Source of the DNA: Bryobacteraceae bacterium
GTDB lineage: Bacteria > Acidobacteriota > Terriglobia > Bryobacterales > Bryobacteraceae
Direction: 5' to 3'
Length of the DNA: 64,000 nucleotides
Assembly: GCA_050012095.1 (NCBI GenBank)
Contig: JBEKHV010000009.1
Coordinates: 13,134 to 77,133, forward strand
The notes under the pieces are model-generated. The model was not told where the DNA came from. It worked only from the letters and a program-made list of their open reading frames with translations, and ran no database searches. Below, in pieces: positions 25,799-35,976 of this stretch (position 1 is the first letter of the stretch; every line of letters starts with the position of its first letter). The position numbers and the translations under genes were made by a program.

Positions 25799-27229
25799 TT
25801 AGGCTTCCGCGCCAATGCCCTCCCCGGTCTGCGCCGGAACGGCGGGGTGTTGTGAATCGAGGTGGCGAAGGTGCCGGAGCGCAATCGGCAGGGAGAGCGC
25901 AGCGTCGATCAGATACGCCGCCGTGCCTGCGACCGGCACGGCGATGATCCCCAATCGCGGAAGTAGCAGCCAGGCTCCCAGAATGTGGACCGCCGCCACG
26001 CAGCCATGGATCGCGGCGCTGGTCTTCACGCGCCCGATGCCGAACAGGAGAATGCCATTGGTGTTGGTCCAGGCGACACAGACAAAATAGACCGCCATGG
26101 CGGCCAGGAAGGTTCGGGGAGCCGTCACGCGGCCGTGGGTCCAGATACGGATGGCGAATCCCCCGCAAGCGATCATGCCTGCTCCGCCGGCGCCCATGAG
26201 CGCCATATTGCGCCCGAGAATACGCAGGGCGGCCTTGCGGATCCACTCTCCATCCCCGCGCCCCAGAGCTTCCGCGTAAGCAGGCATGTAGGGGAAAACT
26301 AAGCCGTAGCAGATACTGCTCACTACCATGAAGCCGCTGAACGGCACGGCATAGGATGGCACCAGTCCAGGGCCGAGGCGGTTGGAAATCAGCACATTAG
26401 AGGTGTACATGATCGCCATGTCGGCCAACTGGCTCAGAAAGATCGCGGTGCCGCAACCGGAGATATCCCGCAAGCTTGCGAAGCTCCACAGACGGATCGA
26501 AGGCCGGAAGGCGGGGTAGCGGATAAGAAACAAATAGCAGGCCAGCGCGATACTGGCCAGCAGGCCAGGGACGCTCATGACAAGGGCGAATTGGACCACC
26601 GAGGCGCCGCGGAACGAGATGATCACTAAAATCGCGCAACTGAGGACCATGGCGCAGATCCCGCTGTAGGCGGCCAGATAACCGCGCTGGAGCGACGCAG
26701 CGAACTGGCCCGCGCAGCCCAGAGTGAATGAGGCGGCGAACATAACGCCGCAGAGAAGCACGAGCGCGCGGGCCTCGGGCGCCAGCGGGGAACCGCTGGA
26801 GACGCCGAGGAGCCGAGGCAGTCCGGCCCACAGCGAGCCGCCCACCACCACCGCCAGAATGGCGAGCGACATGGCCGCGAAGCTGAAAAACGCGGTTGAA
26901 ACGTGGCGCCGGATCGCTCCCTCGTCGCCGCGGCCGTACGCCCCGCCGACCACATTCAGAAGGCCCGCGGACAAGCCCAGGTCGTAAACCGAAAGCCAGG
27001 ACAGTAGAGATCCCACCGTGAGCCACAACCCGTATCGCTCCACGCCAAGAAGCCGGAGAGACAAGGGAACGGTCACGAAGCGTGTGCCGACGGTGATGAA
27101 CTTGGCCACGACGCCGCTCTTGCCCGAGCGCCACGCCTGGCGCTCGCGCCATCTCCGGTGCGCGTGCCGGTCCTCCCCGCGGGCTAAATCGGGATGCGAC
27201 TGAGCGATCGCCGCATCATCGGCGGTCAT
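25799..27229 (-). CDS. Wzx-like oligosaccharide flippase (MOP superfamily polysaccharide biosynthesis protein)
   Basis: 476 aa with about 12-14 TM segments and a basic N-terminus. Locus context supports the call. Confidence 0.7.
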   Translation of the reverse strand: MTADDAAIAQSHPDLARGEDRHAHRRWRERQAWRSGKSGVVAKFITVGTRFVTVPLSLRLLGVERYGLWLTVGSLLSWLSVYDLGLSAGLLNVVGGAYGRGDEGAIRRHVSTAFFSFAAMSLAILAVVVGGSLWAGLPRLLGVSSGSPLAPEARALVLLCGVMFAASFTLGCAGQFAASLQRGYLAAYSGICAMVLSCAILVIISFRGASVVQFALVMSVPGLLASIALACYLFLIRYPAFRPSIRLWSFASLRDISGCGTAIFLSQLADMAIMYTSNVLISNRLGPGLVPSYAVPFSGFMVVSSICYGLVFPYMPAYAEALGRGDGEWIRKAALRILGRNMALMGAGGAGMIACGGFAIRIWTHGRVTAPRTFLAAMAVYFVCVAWTNTNGILLFGIGRVKTSAAIHGCVAAVHILGAWLLLPRLGIIAVPVAGTAAYLIDAALSLPIALRHLRHLDSQHPAVPAQTGEGIGAEA

Positions 27230-27358
27230 GGGCAGTGCTCCTTACCGGGGGATTGCGCAGCGCCGCCAGAATCCGCGCGATTTCGGGCCGTTCGATCGTT
27301 TCCGAAGCTGGCATGTGGCAGTGGCCGTACAAGAGCGCGGCGCGATGTTGCACAGAAC

Positions 27359-28153
27359 CTACCAAGTCTCGTCGCCAATCGCAGAGCGAACAAAGGGAGC
27401 GACTTCCTGGCGCCATAGCGCGTACCCGGCGGCATTCGGGTGTACTCCGTCATCCGTGAATCTCATGCTGAGCGACGTTCCCTCGAGGAAGCCTTCGTAC
27501 AGACTGACGAACACCACCATTCTTCCATCCGCCAAGGCCCGAATTCGTTCATTCATCTCCCGGATCCAATCGTTTGTCCCCTCGCCGCGGAAACTCGCAA
27601 CCGGCAAAATGCTTTCGAGATAGATCGCGGTTTGCGGCGATCCCGTCCGAATTCCTTTCACGATCGCCTCGTAGTTCTTCGCAGCCTGACTGGGCTTCGA
27701 CCTCAGCATCAGACAATCGTTCAGCCCGATCATCAAAAACACAGCCCTCGGCGCCATTGCCACGATCTCTCCAATCCGCCGCAACACTCCAATCGTAGTA
27801 TCGCCGCCTATGCCCCTATTAGCTATCGTTAGACCGTCGCCAAACGCCTCGTGCCAATCGCATCCCTCAGTCATGCTGTCCCCTACAAACACGACCGGAT
27901 GTCCCCCCGGGTTCCTGTATGAATCGAACATCTCAAACAGCGACTGGCGATAGCGCCGGTGGCCCTCGACGGGGTCCATGAGGTTGCCGCTGGCAAGCCG
28001 TGCCCAAAGGTACCTCACGCCCCCCCGCCGGTGAATGAAATACGCGCCGGTCCCAATAAGCGCCAAGTTCGCGCAGAGCGAGATAGCCAGTAGAGCGCCC
28101 ACGGTTCGCCGTACTTTCAGGAGGCTGTTCTTCAAAAGCGGATACCGCGCCAC
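27359..28153 (-). CDS. SGNH/GDSL hydrolase with an N-terminal membrane anchor
   Basis: VVFVGDSMTEG, NRGIGGDT, GLNDC and DDGVHPN blocks are present. Confidence 0.8.
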   Translation of the reverse strand: MARYPLLKNSLLKVRRTVGALLAISLCANLALIGTGAYFIHRRGGVRYLWARLASGNLMDPVEGHRRYRQSLFEMFDSYRNPGGHPVVFVGDSMTEGCDWHEAFGDGLTIANRGIGGDTTIGVLRRIGEIVAMAPRAVFLMIGLNDCLMLRSKPSQAAKNYEAIVKGIRTGSPQTAIYLESILPVASFRGEGTNDWIREMNERIRALADGRMVVFVSLYEGFLEGTSLSMRFTDDGVHPNAAGYALWRQEVAPFVRSAIGDETW

Positions 28154-28166
28154 CGCCCAGACCCTG

Positions 28167-29348
28167 TCAAGCTGGTGAATAGACCTCCGCCTCGTGCATC
28201 GGCCGGGCTATAAAGCGCTGCTTAAGGCGCAAGAACCGCTTTTCTATTACGTGCCACGACAATAGAGCCACAGCGTAAGACACGCCTAGTCCGACGATCT
28301 TGTTAGACGCCCAGAGAGCGATATGAAAGGAAGCGGGAACGTGGTCCGCAAGGCTGAGAACCAGCTTGTCCTGATAAAACGAGATCGGAGCGTGAAATAC
28401 ATACATGGCATAGCTGTACTTTCCGAAAGCCACTAAAGCCGGTCTGCGCAATTGGCGGGCCAGCCAGGTATTAGACCCGGCATAGATATAGCCATGGAAT
28501 ACCAGGCATCCGAACATCAAGGAAAACGCAGTGAAGCCGACAGTTGTCATGAGAGGGTGCTCGTGGTCCTCGCTTCGTGTTGCAGCCAGCGCAAACAGGA
28601 GCGCTAACCCCGCTCCCGCAACGATCGGATTAAGCCGGCTCTTTACAGCGGAGCGCCACCGAGGGTTCCTCACGATCGCCGCCACCAGCCCTCCGCAGGC
28701 CAGCGGCTCAAGCCGGAACGGAGTCAGACTATACAAAAGGCCTGGGTACAAGCTGTTGTAGTGAAGGAAAGCGCAGCGAAGCCCGAACGACAGTCCCATG
28801 GTCGCCAGGCAAACATACTTCAGCGACGAGGGCCTGCAGACGAATACCACCAATGGCCAAAAGAAATAGAACTGTTCCTCGATAGCCAGGGACCAAAAGT
28901 GCCCTAAGAGGCAGCTAGGCCCGAATACGGATGGCCAGTTCGCCAAATAACACCAGTACCACGCCTCCGGTGAGTGTGCCCATGGCGACCAATAGCCCAG
29001 ATAGTGAGCGGCGGGAAGCGCAATGCGAAAGTATGCTATAATCGACAAATAGTAGAGCGGGAATATTCTTAAAATTCGACGGACATAGAACGAGGAGAAG
29101 TAATTGGGCGCCGTCCTTGTGTCCAGCAGGATTCCGGTAATCAAGAACCCTGAAAGGACGAAAAACAGGTCGACTCCCGACCAGCCAAGCCCGAATATGG
29201 CGGTGAAAAGTTTGGGCACGCCTGGCGGACGCGCCCCGAAGTGCAACAAGACGACCATGAGGATCGCGATGCCCCGCACGCCATCCAGTTCGGGAACATG
29301 GAACTGCGCCCCTTCGGTTCGCCGCCCTGTGGAAAGTGGCACGGTCAA
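28167..29348 (-). CDS. Acyltransferase family 3 (OafA-like O-acetyltransferase)
   Basis: ELDGVRGIAILMVVLLHF at the N-terminus and about 10 TM segments. Confidence 0.8.
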   Translation of the reverse strand: MTVPLSTGRRTEGAQFHVPELDGVRGIAILMVVLLHFGARPPGVPKLFTAIFGLGWSGVDLFFVLSGFLITGILLDTRTAPNYFSSFYVRRILRIFPLYYLSIIAYFRIALPAAHYLGYWSPWAHSPEAWYWCYLANWPSVFGPSCLLGHFWSLAIEEQFYFFWPLVVFVCRPSSLKYVCLATMGLSFGLRCAFLHYNSLYPGLLYSLTPFRLEPLACGGLVAAIVRNPRWRSAVKSRLNPIVAGAGLALLFALAATRSEDHEHPLMTTVGFTAFSLMFGCLVFHGYIYAGSNTWLARQLRRPALVAFGKYSYAMYVFHAPISFYQDKLVLSLADHVPASFHIALWASNKIVGLGVSYAVALLSWHVIEKRFLRLKQRFIARPMHEAEVYSPA

Positions 29349-30172
29349 CTCTTAGGATCGAGCAGCATGAATCGGAGCCAAACGGTCATTCGCGAGGGCA
29401 TATTCTGAAGGAACCTCGTCTCCTGTATAGCTACTGATTGCCAGCGCCGTGGCAACGTCCTGAGGATTCGGTATCGAGATGGATTTCGTACAGCCTCTTC
29501 TATGATCCTTATGTTATGTGAGGCTCGGAACCGGCCGACAAGGGTGGCGACGAGATTTGGGCGGTTGAACTCATGTAGCTCAACCAGCATCTTGCAAGAC
29601 TTGAGAGCGGGTACTTGGAGGGGGTCGAGAATCTCCATCTCGCCGCCTTCGCAGTCGCAGAGTATGAACGATTCCGGGGCGCACGCGTTTGCGAGGTCTT
29701 CGGCGGCGCAGCAACCACGTTGAATGATTTTGCCGCTCACGCCATTAATCTCTGCCAGCTCGGCAAGCTGTCGCCAATAGGGGTGCTCGACGGCTTCAAA
29801 CGCGGTAACCGTTGTGTTCGCGATCTTCAGCGCGAACCCGACTGCGTAGTAGCCGTATGCCGCGCCGATGTCGATTATGTTCGCGGGCGCCGTGCAAATG
29901 ACATCGTCGATCACGTCATGTACTTCCTCTTCGTAAGACCCGGCAATGATCTTCGGGTCCCAGGCCAGGTCGAGGCTCTCGCGGAGTTTCATAGTGGAGA
30001 ATGGCCCGCCAAAGACCGTGCCCCGCGCGTCTCTCAACAGCGTCCGGCACAGAACGCTCATCTTGGCCCGTTCCAGGCGATTCAGATAAGGGTACCGGGC
30101 CGTCCAATTCGGAGTCGGCGCATACCGGAGAATACGCTTCAATGCGAGCTTCGTGGGAGTTTGAGGCTTCAA
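29345..30172 (-). CDS. FkbM-like methyltransferase
   Basis: IIDIGAAYGYYAVGFA..VTAFEAVEHPY..CDCEGGE. Confidence 0.55.
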   Translation of the reverse strand: MKPQTPTKLALKRILRYAPTPNWTARYPYLNRLERAKMSVLCRTLLRDARGTVFGGPFSTMKLRESLDLAWDPKIIAGSYEEEVHDVIDDVICTAPANIIDIGAAYGYYAVGFALKIANTTVTAFEAVEHPYWRQLAELAEINGVSGKIIQRGCCAAEDLANACAPESFILCDCEGGEMEILDPLQVPALKSCKMLVELHEFNRPNLVATLVGRFRASHNIRIIEEAVRNPSRYRILRTLPRRWQSVAIQETRFLQNMPSRMTVWLRFMLLDPKS

Positions 30173-30299
30173 TGTTGCAAACTCCTCATGCGCCGAACTC
30201 TCCCCTGTTCAGTGCCCGAGGCGAAGAGGCGCTTCGTAGAAGTCCCATTGGTGGCCTGCCGAACGATGAGTGTGTAAATTGGCTTATGATAACCGGGCT

Positions 30300-31328
30300 T
30301 TACCGCCGCCACTGTGTTCTCAGCATTAGCAGTTTTCTGAGCATTTCGGTAGTCCAGGCGTATTTTGCGGAATACCAGGCGACCGCTTGAAGGAGACTGC
30401 TTGGCCGAGTCTTGACATAGGGCGCGCCGGGCAAGCCGCTCCGCTGCCATCGGTGAAGCGTCTCGGAGATGCGGGAGCGCTGCCTTAGGATCTCGGAGTG
30501 CGGGGCGTTAGTTCTTGAGATCTTGTGAGTTACTGTGCGTCTCACGTGCGCGGTCATTTGCTCGACAATTTGCTGAAGTTGCCGGGTTGTCAACTTATCG
30601 GCGAATGTCGCCAATTTCTGAAAAACAATATCGCTGTCGCCGTGATCGTCTAAGATGAAAATGTTTGAGCCTTGGTCGGGATGTATTCGATAATCCAAAC
30701 TCGGTTGAGGTTGAACGTAAACCTTACCTTCCATGCCCGCCCTCAAATAGAAATCCCAATCGGCCGCGAAGGGGTACGTTAGATCGAAGCCGCCCAGCCT
30801 CTCATAAAGCGAGCGTTTGACTACGACTCCACTGGGAACGAAGAACATGCCCCTTGTTGTCATGACATCCAGGAGGGCGGCTGAAGACACCGGGCCGCTC
30901 AGGGCGGGGGTGTCCGCGCCTTTCCGGCTGGCCGTAAGCGGCCGTCCCTCCGAGTCGATGAGGCGGTGGACGTTTATGATCCATTCGGCCGATGGGTTAG
31001 CCTGGAGGATCGCTGTGGCCCGTGTGATCAGGTCGGCATCGAGACGGTCATCGTGATGGAGGAGGAGAACCCAGTCTCCGGCGGTTGCGCGAATGGCTGC
31101 ATCCCAAGAATGAAATCCCGGCAGTAGGTCGGTTCCGATAATTAATCGAAAGGTCGCCGCGCTACAGTATGGTCGCAGTAGTGGCACGGTATTGTCTGTC
31201 GATGCATTGTCGCGTACTACAACCTCAAAAGGTGGAGTGGATTGCCGAAGAGCGGAATCGACGGCTTCGCAAACGTAATTTGCGCCGTTGTGGACAGGGA
31301 TTGCAATGCTTATCTTAGGAGGATGCAT
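30300..31328 (-). CDS. Glycosyltransferase family 2
   Basis: ISIAIPVHNGANYVCEAVDSALRQS..VVVRDNASTDNT..HHDD. The start is probably the ATG at 31328. Confidence 0.8.
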   Translation of the reverse strand: MHPPKISIAIPVHNGANYVCEAVDSALRQSTPPFEVVVRDNASTDNTVPLLRPYCSAATFRLIIGTDLLPGFHSWDAAIRATAGDWVLLLHHDDRLDADLITRATAILQANPSAEWIINVHRLIDSEGRPLTASRKGADTPALSGPVSSAALLDVMTTRGMFFVPSGVVVKRSLYERLGGFDLTYPFAADWDFYLRAGMEGKVYVQPQPSLDYRIHPDQGSNIFILDDHGDSDIVFQKLATFADKLTTRQLQQIVEQMTAHVRRTVTHKISRTNAPHSEILRQRSRISETLHRWQRSGLPGAPYVKTRPSSLLQAVAWYSAKYAWTTEMLRKLLMLRTQWRR

Positions 31329-31566
31329 AAATGGCCGGATTGCTGGCAAGGCTCTCGGCGTCACGAGGCAGCACCGTGGCAGAGGCGTTCAACCCGGGCC
31401 GGTCGTTGGCACACAGAAAACTCTCCACCAGGCAGCAACCGAAGAAGTCCGTGCCGCCAGTGAGAAACAGGTTGTTTCCGCGCAACTCCAGCCACAGGTC
31501 GCGCGTGTGCATGAGAATGTGGTCGAAGTCCTCTGAGGCCAGCGGCGGCATAAGCAGCGGGGTCAC
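31315..31566 (-). pseudogene. Truncated N-terminal fragment of an NAD-dependent epimerase/dehydratase
   Basis: LFLTGGTDFFGCCLVESFLCANDRPGLNASATVLPRD resembles an SDR N-terminus. The Gly-rich motif is altered (GGTGFFG would be expected). The ORF stops after 83 codons and overlaps the next gene. Confidence 0.55.
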
Positions 31567-31585
31567 GCCCTCTATACCTCCATCG

Positions 31586-32782
31586 TCAGTAGAGAAGAAT
31601 CACCTTATTTCGTAACTGCAAAGACTCGCGAATTTGACCGAGAATCTCGCCCTGGAAGCCGCGCGAAGAGATCAGGATCGGTTCGGTGCGGTTCCTCACT
31701 TCATCTGGCGACACCACAGCGATACCACGCAATTCCTGCCTCTGGTATTTTCGATTGGAGTCGACGAATACGGCGATCTTGTTCGGATCGAGTCCCCCAG
31801 TGGCAAGCAACCGCAGTGTGTGGGTGCCCACACCCCAGACAATCATGCGCTCACCAGGGAAGACGGCCTTGTCGATCTTGCTACGAATGTGCGCGTCTTC
31901 AGTCTGGCACCCCTGGATGTACGCGCGGAGGCCGGCTTCGGTCTCGGTGTCCGGTTCGATGGGTGCGGGCGCCGCCGATTTTTCGTACACGCCGTAGGCG
32001 CTCAAGCACACCGTTTCATTCTGCGCCCTCCTGGCCCGGCCAGTCGTCAATGTGCGGAAACTCCGAGCTTGCATCAGGTTGCTTAGGGATCCCGGTGAAA
32101 AAAAGTTGATGTGCTCGACGCTAAATTCCTGGAAGGGCGCATCCAGACTCGGGCCCAGCCGGCTCGCGTCTGGAACCTCCAAGTACACTCGCCCGCCATC
32201 CCTCAAGAGGCGATGGAATTGCATAACGGTGCGGTCCAGATCGCGAATGTGCTCCATCACACCCGTCAGGATGAGAAAGTCGTAAGGCTCTTCCGGGAGA
32301 GTAGCGGTGAAAACCGTCTTCGATACCACCCGCACTCCAATGCCTTGCGCCGCGCGGGCGCACGCTGGGGAGGGATCGGAGCCTTGCACGTTTTGAAAGC
32401 CCCTTTCCTGCAGAACCCTAAGCAAGTGCCCCGAGCCACAGCCGATTTCCAATATCCGGCAATGCTTGGTTGGGATGAACGGTTCAATGGTCAAGGCTAC
32501 ATCCAAAAAACGGCCTTCCGAAGCGCTACAGTCCTTTCCTCCTCGGAATTCATAGTCGTACTTAGACAATTCGCGATAATATTCGTCAAAAACGGACTGG
32601 TGTGGAATCTTGTCCGCATAGCCGGCTCCGCATTCCGAGCAGACGACCACGTCATACCCGTCGAGCAAGCGCGCGCCAGACAGGTGCTCAAACGACTGCC
32701 GAAAGAACAGACTACGCCTTCCGCTGCCGCAAACCGGGCATTGCCTGTACGACACAGGCGACGAATCCTCCGAGTTTCTCAT
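31586..32782 (-). CDS. SAM-dependent methyltransferase with an N-terminal Zn-ribbon and an extra C-terminal domain (NDP-hexose C-methyltransferase-like architecture)
   Basis: CPVCGS...CSECGAGY, ILEIGCGSGHLL, and a C-terminal Rossmann-like IVWGVGTHTLRLL. Confidence 0.6.
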   Translation of the reverse strand: MRNSEDSSPVSYRQCPVCGSGRRSLFFRQSFEHLSGARLLDGYDVVVCSECGAGYADKIPHQSVFDEYYRELSKYDYEFRGGKDCSASEGRFLDVALTIEPFIPTKHCRILEIGCGSGHLLRVLQERGFQNVQGSDPSPACARAAQGIGVRVVSKTVFTATLPEEPYDFLILTGVMEHIRDLDRTVMQFHRLLRDGGRVYLEVPDASRLGPSLDAPFQEFSVEHINFFSPGSLSNLMQARSFRTLTTGRARRAQNETVCLSAYGVYEKSAAPAPIEPDTETEAGLRAYIQGCQTEDAHIRSKIDKAVFPGERMIVWGVGTHTLRLLATGGLDPNKIAVFVDSNRKYQRQELRGIAVVSPDEVRNRTEPILISSRGFQGEILGQIRESLQLRNKVILLY

Positions 32783-32800
32783 CGAAATGACATCCGAGCT

Positions 32801-33748
32801 TTACTCATCGAAACGCAACAGCGCCGGGTCAATGTCGCTCTTTCGCTGTTCATACCAGCGATAGAGCCGGGCAACCGATTCACCCATGTCGCGAAACCGA
32901 AAGCCCGGGATACCGGAGAGCATGCGGGTGTTGTCGCCGCTGTACTCGTTGCCGAGGCCTTGGTTCCGGATCTCGATACCTAGACGCTTGCCGGAAACGG
33001 CCACCACCATTTGCGCCAGCGCCTCTAAATCCATCGGGCGGCCGGTGCAGACGTTGTAATGCCGGAAGCGCAGGTTCCCAGTCAGGAAACATTCCAAAAT
33101 CCGCCCTAAGTCTTCCACGTCGAGATAGTCGAAAAGAACATTCTGCCTCATGACGACCGGCAGGTCCCACACGGCTCGGCAGCAGACGTTGGAAATGAAG
33201 CGCACCTGCCAGTCTTCATGCGGGCCGAATACCCCGAAAAGCCGCAACTCGTAAACCCGGTCCATTCCGTCGATGGCTTTGGCGCAAACGTATTTCGAAA
33301 AGCCGTAGTCGTCGGCGGGCACGTATGCGTCGAAGTCATCCTCGGCCATTCGTGGGTGCCAATGCGCCCGGTCGTAAACCGCGCCGGAACTCAGGAACAA
33401 CATGCGTCCGAACGCGTGGGCGTTGCGCGCCAGATTGAAAAACATGCGGCAGTTGCGGTTGAGCAATTCGGGTCCGCTGCCACGCTTCCGCGTGGAACGG
33501 TCGGTGGCGGCGTGGATCACGGCGTCGAAGCGGTGACGTTCCAGATAAGACCGCACAGCTTCGGCGTCGAGAAGGTCCAACTCCGCGCGAGAGGGGGCAG
33601 CTACGCCGTGCCTGCGAGCGTACTGCTCCACCAAATTCCGCCCGATGAATCCACTCCCGCCTGTGATCAGGACCTTCACGCGCTCTAGTCCTCCAGAGGC
33701 GGGACGACCATGTTCGCCAGGAATTCCTCGCGCGGGAGGAAGGGCCAT
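32801..33748 (-). CDS. NAD-dependent epimerase/dehydratase/reductase (SDR)
   Basis: VKVLITGGSGFIGRNL and YGFSK motifs. The real start may be the GTG at 33679, just after the upstream stop. Confidence 0.8.
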   Translation of the reverse strand: MALPPARGIPGEHGRPASGGLERVKVLITGGSGFIGRNLVEQYARRHGVAAPSRAELDLLDAEAVRSYLERHRFDAVIHAATDRSTRKRGSGPELLNRNCRMFFNLARNAHAFGRMLFLSSGAVYDRAHWHPRMAEDDFDAYVPADDYGFSKYVCAKAIDGMDRVYELRLFGVFGPHEDWQVRFISNVCCRAVWDLPVVMRQNVLFDYLDVEDLGRILECFLTGNLRFRHYNVCTGRPMDLEALAQMVVAVSGKRLGIEIRNQGLGNEYSGDNTRMLSGIPGFRFRDMGESVARLYRWYEQRKSDIDPALLRFDE

Positions 33749-35505
33749 AGATCTTCAAGTGGCTTCGAAACCAACGAGCCATCGGGTCGCTGCATCGAAG
33801 AAAGCCGCGGCCCGCGGACCTCGTCGGGGATCACCCGCACATCGCACACCACTGGGCCGGGCATATTCAGGACGCTCCGGACCTGTTCGCGGAGGTCTTG
33901 CTGGCTCGTGATCCGGGCGGCACCGATACCGAATGCCGCCGCGACTTTGCAGAGGTCGGGAATCAGCAATCCGGTGCTCTCGTCACAGCCAAGCAAAACC
34001 GAGCCGAAGAAGTTGGCTTGCGAGGCGCGAATCGACGCATATCCCTCGTTATTCAAGATGAAGAACTTGATCGGCAGGTTGAAATGCCTGACGGTCGCAA
34101 GTTCCTGAATATTGAACATGAAGCCGCCGTCGCCATCCACGCAGACGGTTCGTTTGCGCCCGCCCGCGAGGCACACTCCGATGCTGTTGGGGAGGGCGCA
34201 CCCCATGGCGCCCAGTCCCGCGGTGTGAAAAATGCGCTGGCCCGTGCGCGTGGGGCAAGCGAACAGAAAAATCTCGATGCCGCTTCCCGAGCTCCCGGAG
34301 ATCATCAGATCCCCGGGGCTGGTTTCCTGGCCGATGACTTCCGAAAGGTAGAAAATGCTGACACGCCCTTCGGGCTTGCGATGCTCGTCCAAGACCACGG
34401 GGTATCGTGTCTTCCAGTCGGCGCAACGGCGTTTCCAGCAGGTGCGGTCTTTGGGCTCAACCGCATCGACCTGGCGCAGCATTTCGCGGAGGAAAGCGCC
34501 GGCATCGGCGCAAATCGGGGTGTGGATGAACGGATCGAGTTTGCGGATTTCCGCCGGGTCGATATCCACCATCACTTTGTGAGCGGCGCGGGCGAAGTTA
34601 TCGGGCGCATAGCCGGTGATGGCGAAGTCCAGGCGCGCGCCGATGCTGAGAAGGAAATCGGAGTTTTGCAGCGCAAAGTTGGCCCCACGGGCAGCCAGCG
34701 AACCCGGCCTGCCGACGAAGAGCGGGTCTTCGGAGGAAATGATATCCGCCGCGCACCAGGTGGCCTCCACCGGCATCTGGAGCTGCGAGAACAGCCGGCG
34801 CAACTCGTCTTCAGCTCGCGCCAGGCGCACGCCGTTGCCGACGAAGATCAGCGGACGCTCAGACCGGTTGAGTGCCTCGATGGTTTCGCGCACGCGTTCG
34901 GCCAGGCCGGAGACGTCGCAGGCCGGCGGCTCTTGCGCGGCATCGAATCCGGAGAGGTTGGTTTCGTCGATGGGGGCGGCCTGCACATCGAGCGGGATAT
35001 CGATCCATACCGGTCCGCGGCGCCCGCCCAGCGCCAGGTGAACGGCCTTTTCCAGGTGGTAGCGGATGCTAGCGGGGTCGAGGATCGTCACCGCATACTT
35101 AGTGAGGGGCTTAACGATGGAAACGATATCGACTTCCTGAACGCCGAGCTGCCGCATACCGCGGGGAGTTCCGTCGGGGGCGAACATGCGGTCGGGGCGC
35201 TTGACCTGCCCGGAAAGAAACAGCACAGGAGTGGAATCGAGCCACGCTCCCGCCAGTCCAGTGATGGCGTTCGCGCCGCCTGGGCCCGTGGTCACCATGG
35301 CCACGCCCAGGTGGTTGGTCGCCTTGGCGTAGCTTTCGGCCGCCATGGCGGCGGCCTGCTCATGGGAATTGCAAACGGGCTCGATGGCTTTGCACTGCGC
35401 CAGCGATGCGTTGAGGTGCATGGCGCCGCCGCCGACCACCAGGAAGACGTGTTTGACTCCCTGATCGGCGACAAAATGCAGGACGTAATCGGAAAGCTTG
35501 GTCAT
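33685..35505 (-). CDS. Thiamine-pyrophosphate-dependent enzyme (acetolactate-synthase-large-subunit-like; YerE-like candidate)
   Basis: N-terminal VVGGGAMHL..HEQAAAMAAESYA..TTGPGGANAITG and a C-terminal TPP-binding GLGAMGCALP...VDGDGGFMFNIQEL. Confidence 0.8.
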   Translation of the reverse strand: MTKLSDYVLHFVADQGVKHVFLVVGGGAMHLNASLAQCKAIEPVCNSHEQAAAMAAESYAKATNHLGVAMVTTGPGGANAITGLAGAWLDSTPVLFLSGQVKRPDRMFAPDGTPRGMRQLGVQEVDIVSIVKPLTKYAVTILDPASIRYHLEKAVHLALGGRRGPVWIDIPLDVQAAPIDETNLSGFDAAQEPPACDVSGLAERVRETIEALNRSERPLIFVGNGVRLARAEDELRRLFSQLQMPVEATWCAADIISSEDPLFVGRPGSLAARGANFALQNSDFLLSIGARLDFAITGYAPDNFARAAHKVMVDIDPAEIRKLDPFIHTPICADAGAFLREMLRQVDAVEPKDRTCWKRRCADWKTRYPVVLDEHRKPEGRVSIFYLSEVIGQETSPGDLMISGSSGSGIEIFLFACPTRTGQRIFHTAGLGAMGCALPNSIGVCLAGGRKRTVCVDGDGGFMFNIQELATVRHFNLPIKFFILNNEGYASIRASQANFFGSVLLGCDESTGLLIPDLCKVAAAFGIGAARITSQQDLREQVRSVLNMPGPVVCDVRVIPDEVRGPRLSSMQRPDGSLVSKPLEDLWPFLPREEFLANMVVPPLED

Positions 35506-35975
35506 GAGTTCAGGATCCGGTCCACCAACTCCCGCACCGCGCCGTTGCCACCTTTGGCTTCGGTTACGATGGCAGCTTTGCCGCGTGCCGCGGGGCAGGC
35601 ATCGGCGGGCGCGGCAGCCAATCCCGCCAGTTCCATGGCCGCCAGATCGTTCACGTCGTCGCCCATGAAGCAGATTTCGTCCAGACCCAGTTGGTTGCGC
35701 TCGGCGAACGCCCGCAACGCGCCAGCCTTGTCCCTGCAGCCCTTGGTGACATCGGCCAGGTTCATTTTGGAGGCGAAACGGTCCACCAGCGGGCTGTCTT
35801 CACCAGAAATCAGAGTCACCATCAGGCCGGCCTTGCGCGCCAGCGAGACGCCCATAATGTCGGCAAAAGAAAAGCGCTTCCACTCGGCGCCGTCGGGGCC
35901 CCACCAAACGCCTCCGTCCGTTAGCACTCCGTCCACGTCCAATGCGATCGCCTTCAGCGCAGCCATGGCGGACAT
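35502..35975 (-). CDS. HAD-IIIA phosphatase, KdsC-like (sugar-acid phosphate phosphatase)
   Basis: ALDVDGVLTDG ... CFMGDDVNDL ... GGNGAVRE. Confidence 0.75.
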   Translation of the reverse strand: MSAMAALKAIALDVDGVLTDGGVWWGPDGAEWKRFSFADIMGVSLARKAGLMVTLISGEDSPLVDRFASKMNLADVTKGCRDKAGALRAFAERNQLGLDEICFMGDDVNDLAAMELAGLAAAPADACPAARGKAAIVTEAKGGNGAVRELVDRILNS

Positions 35976-35976
35976 C

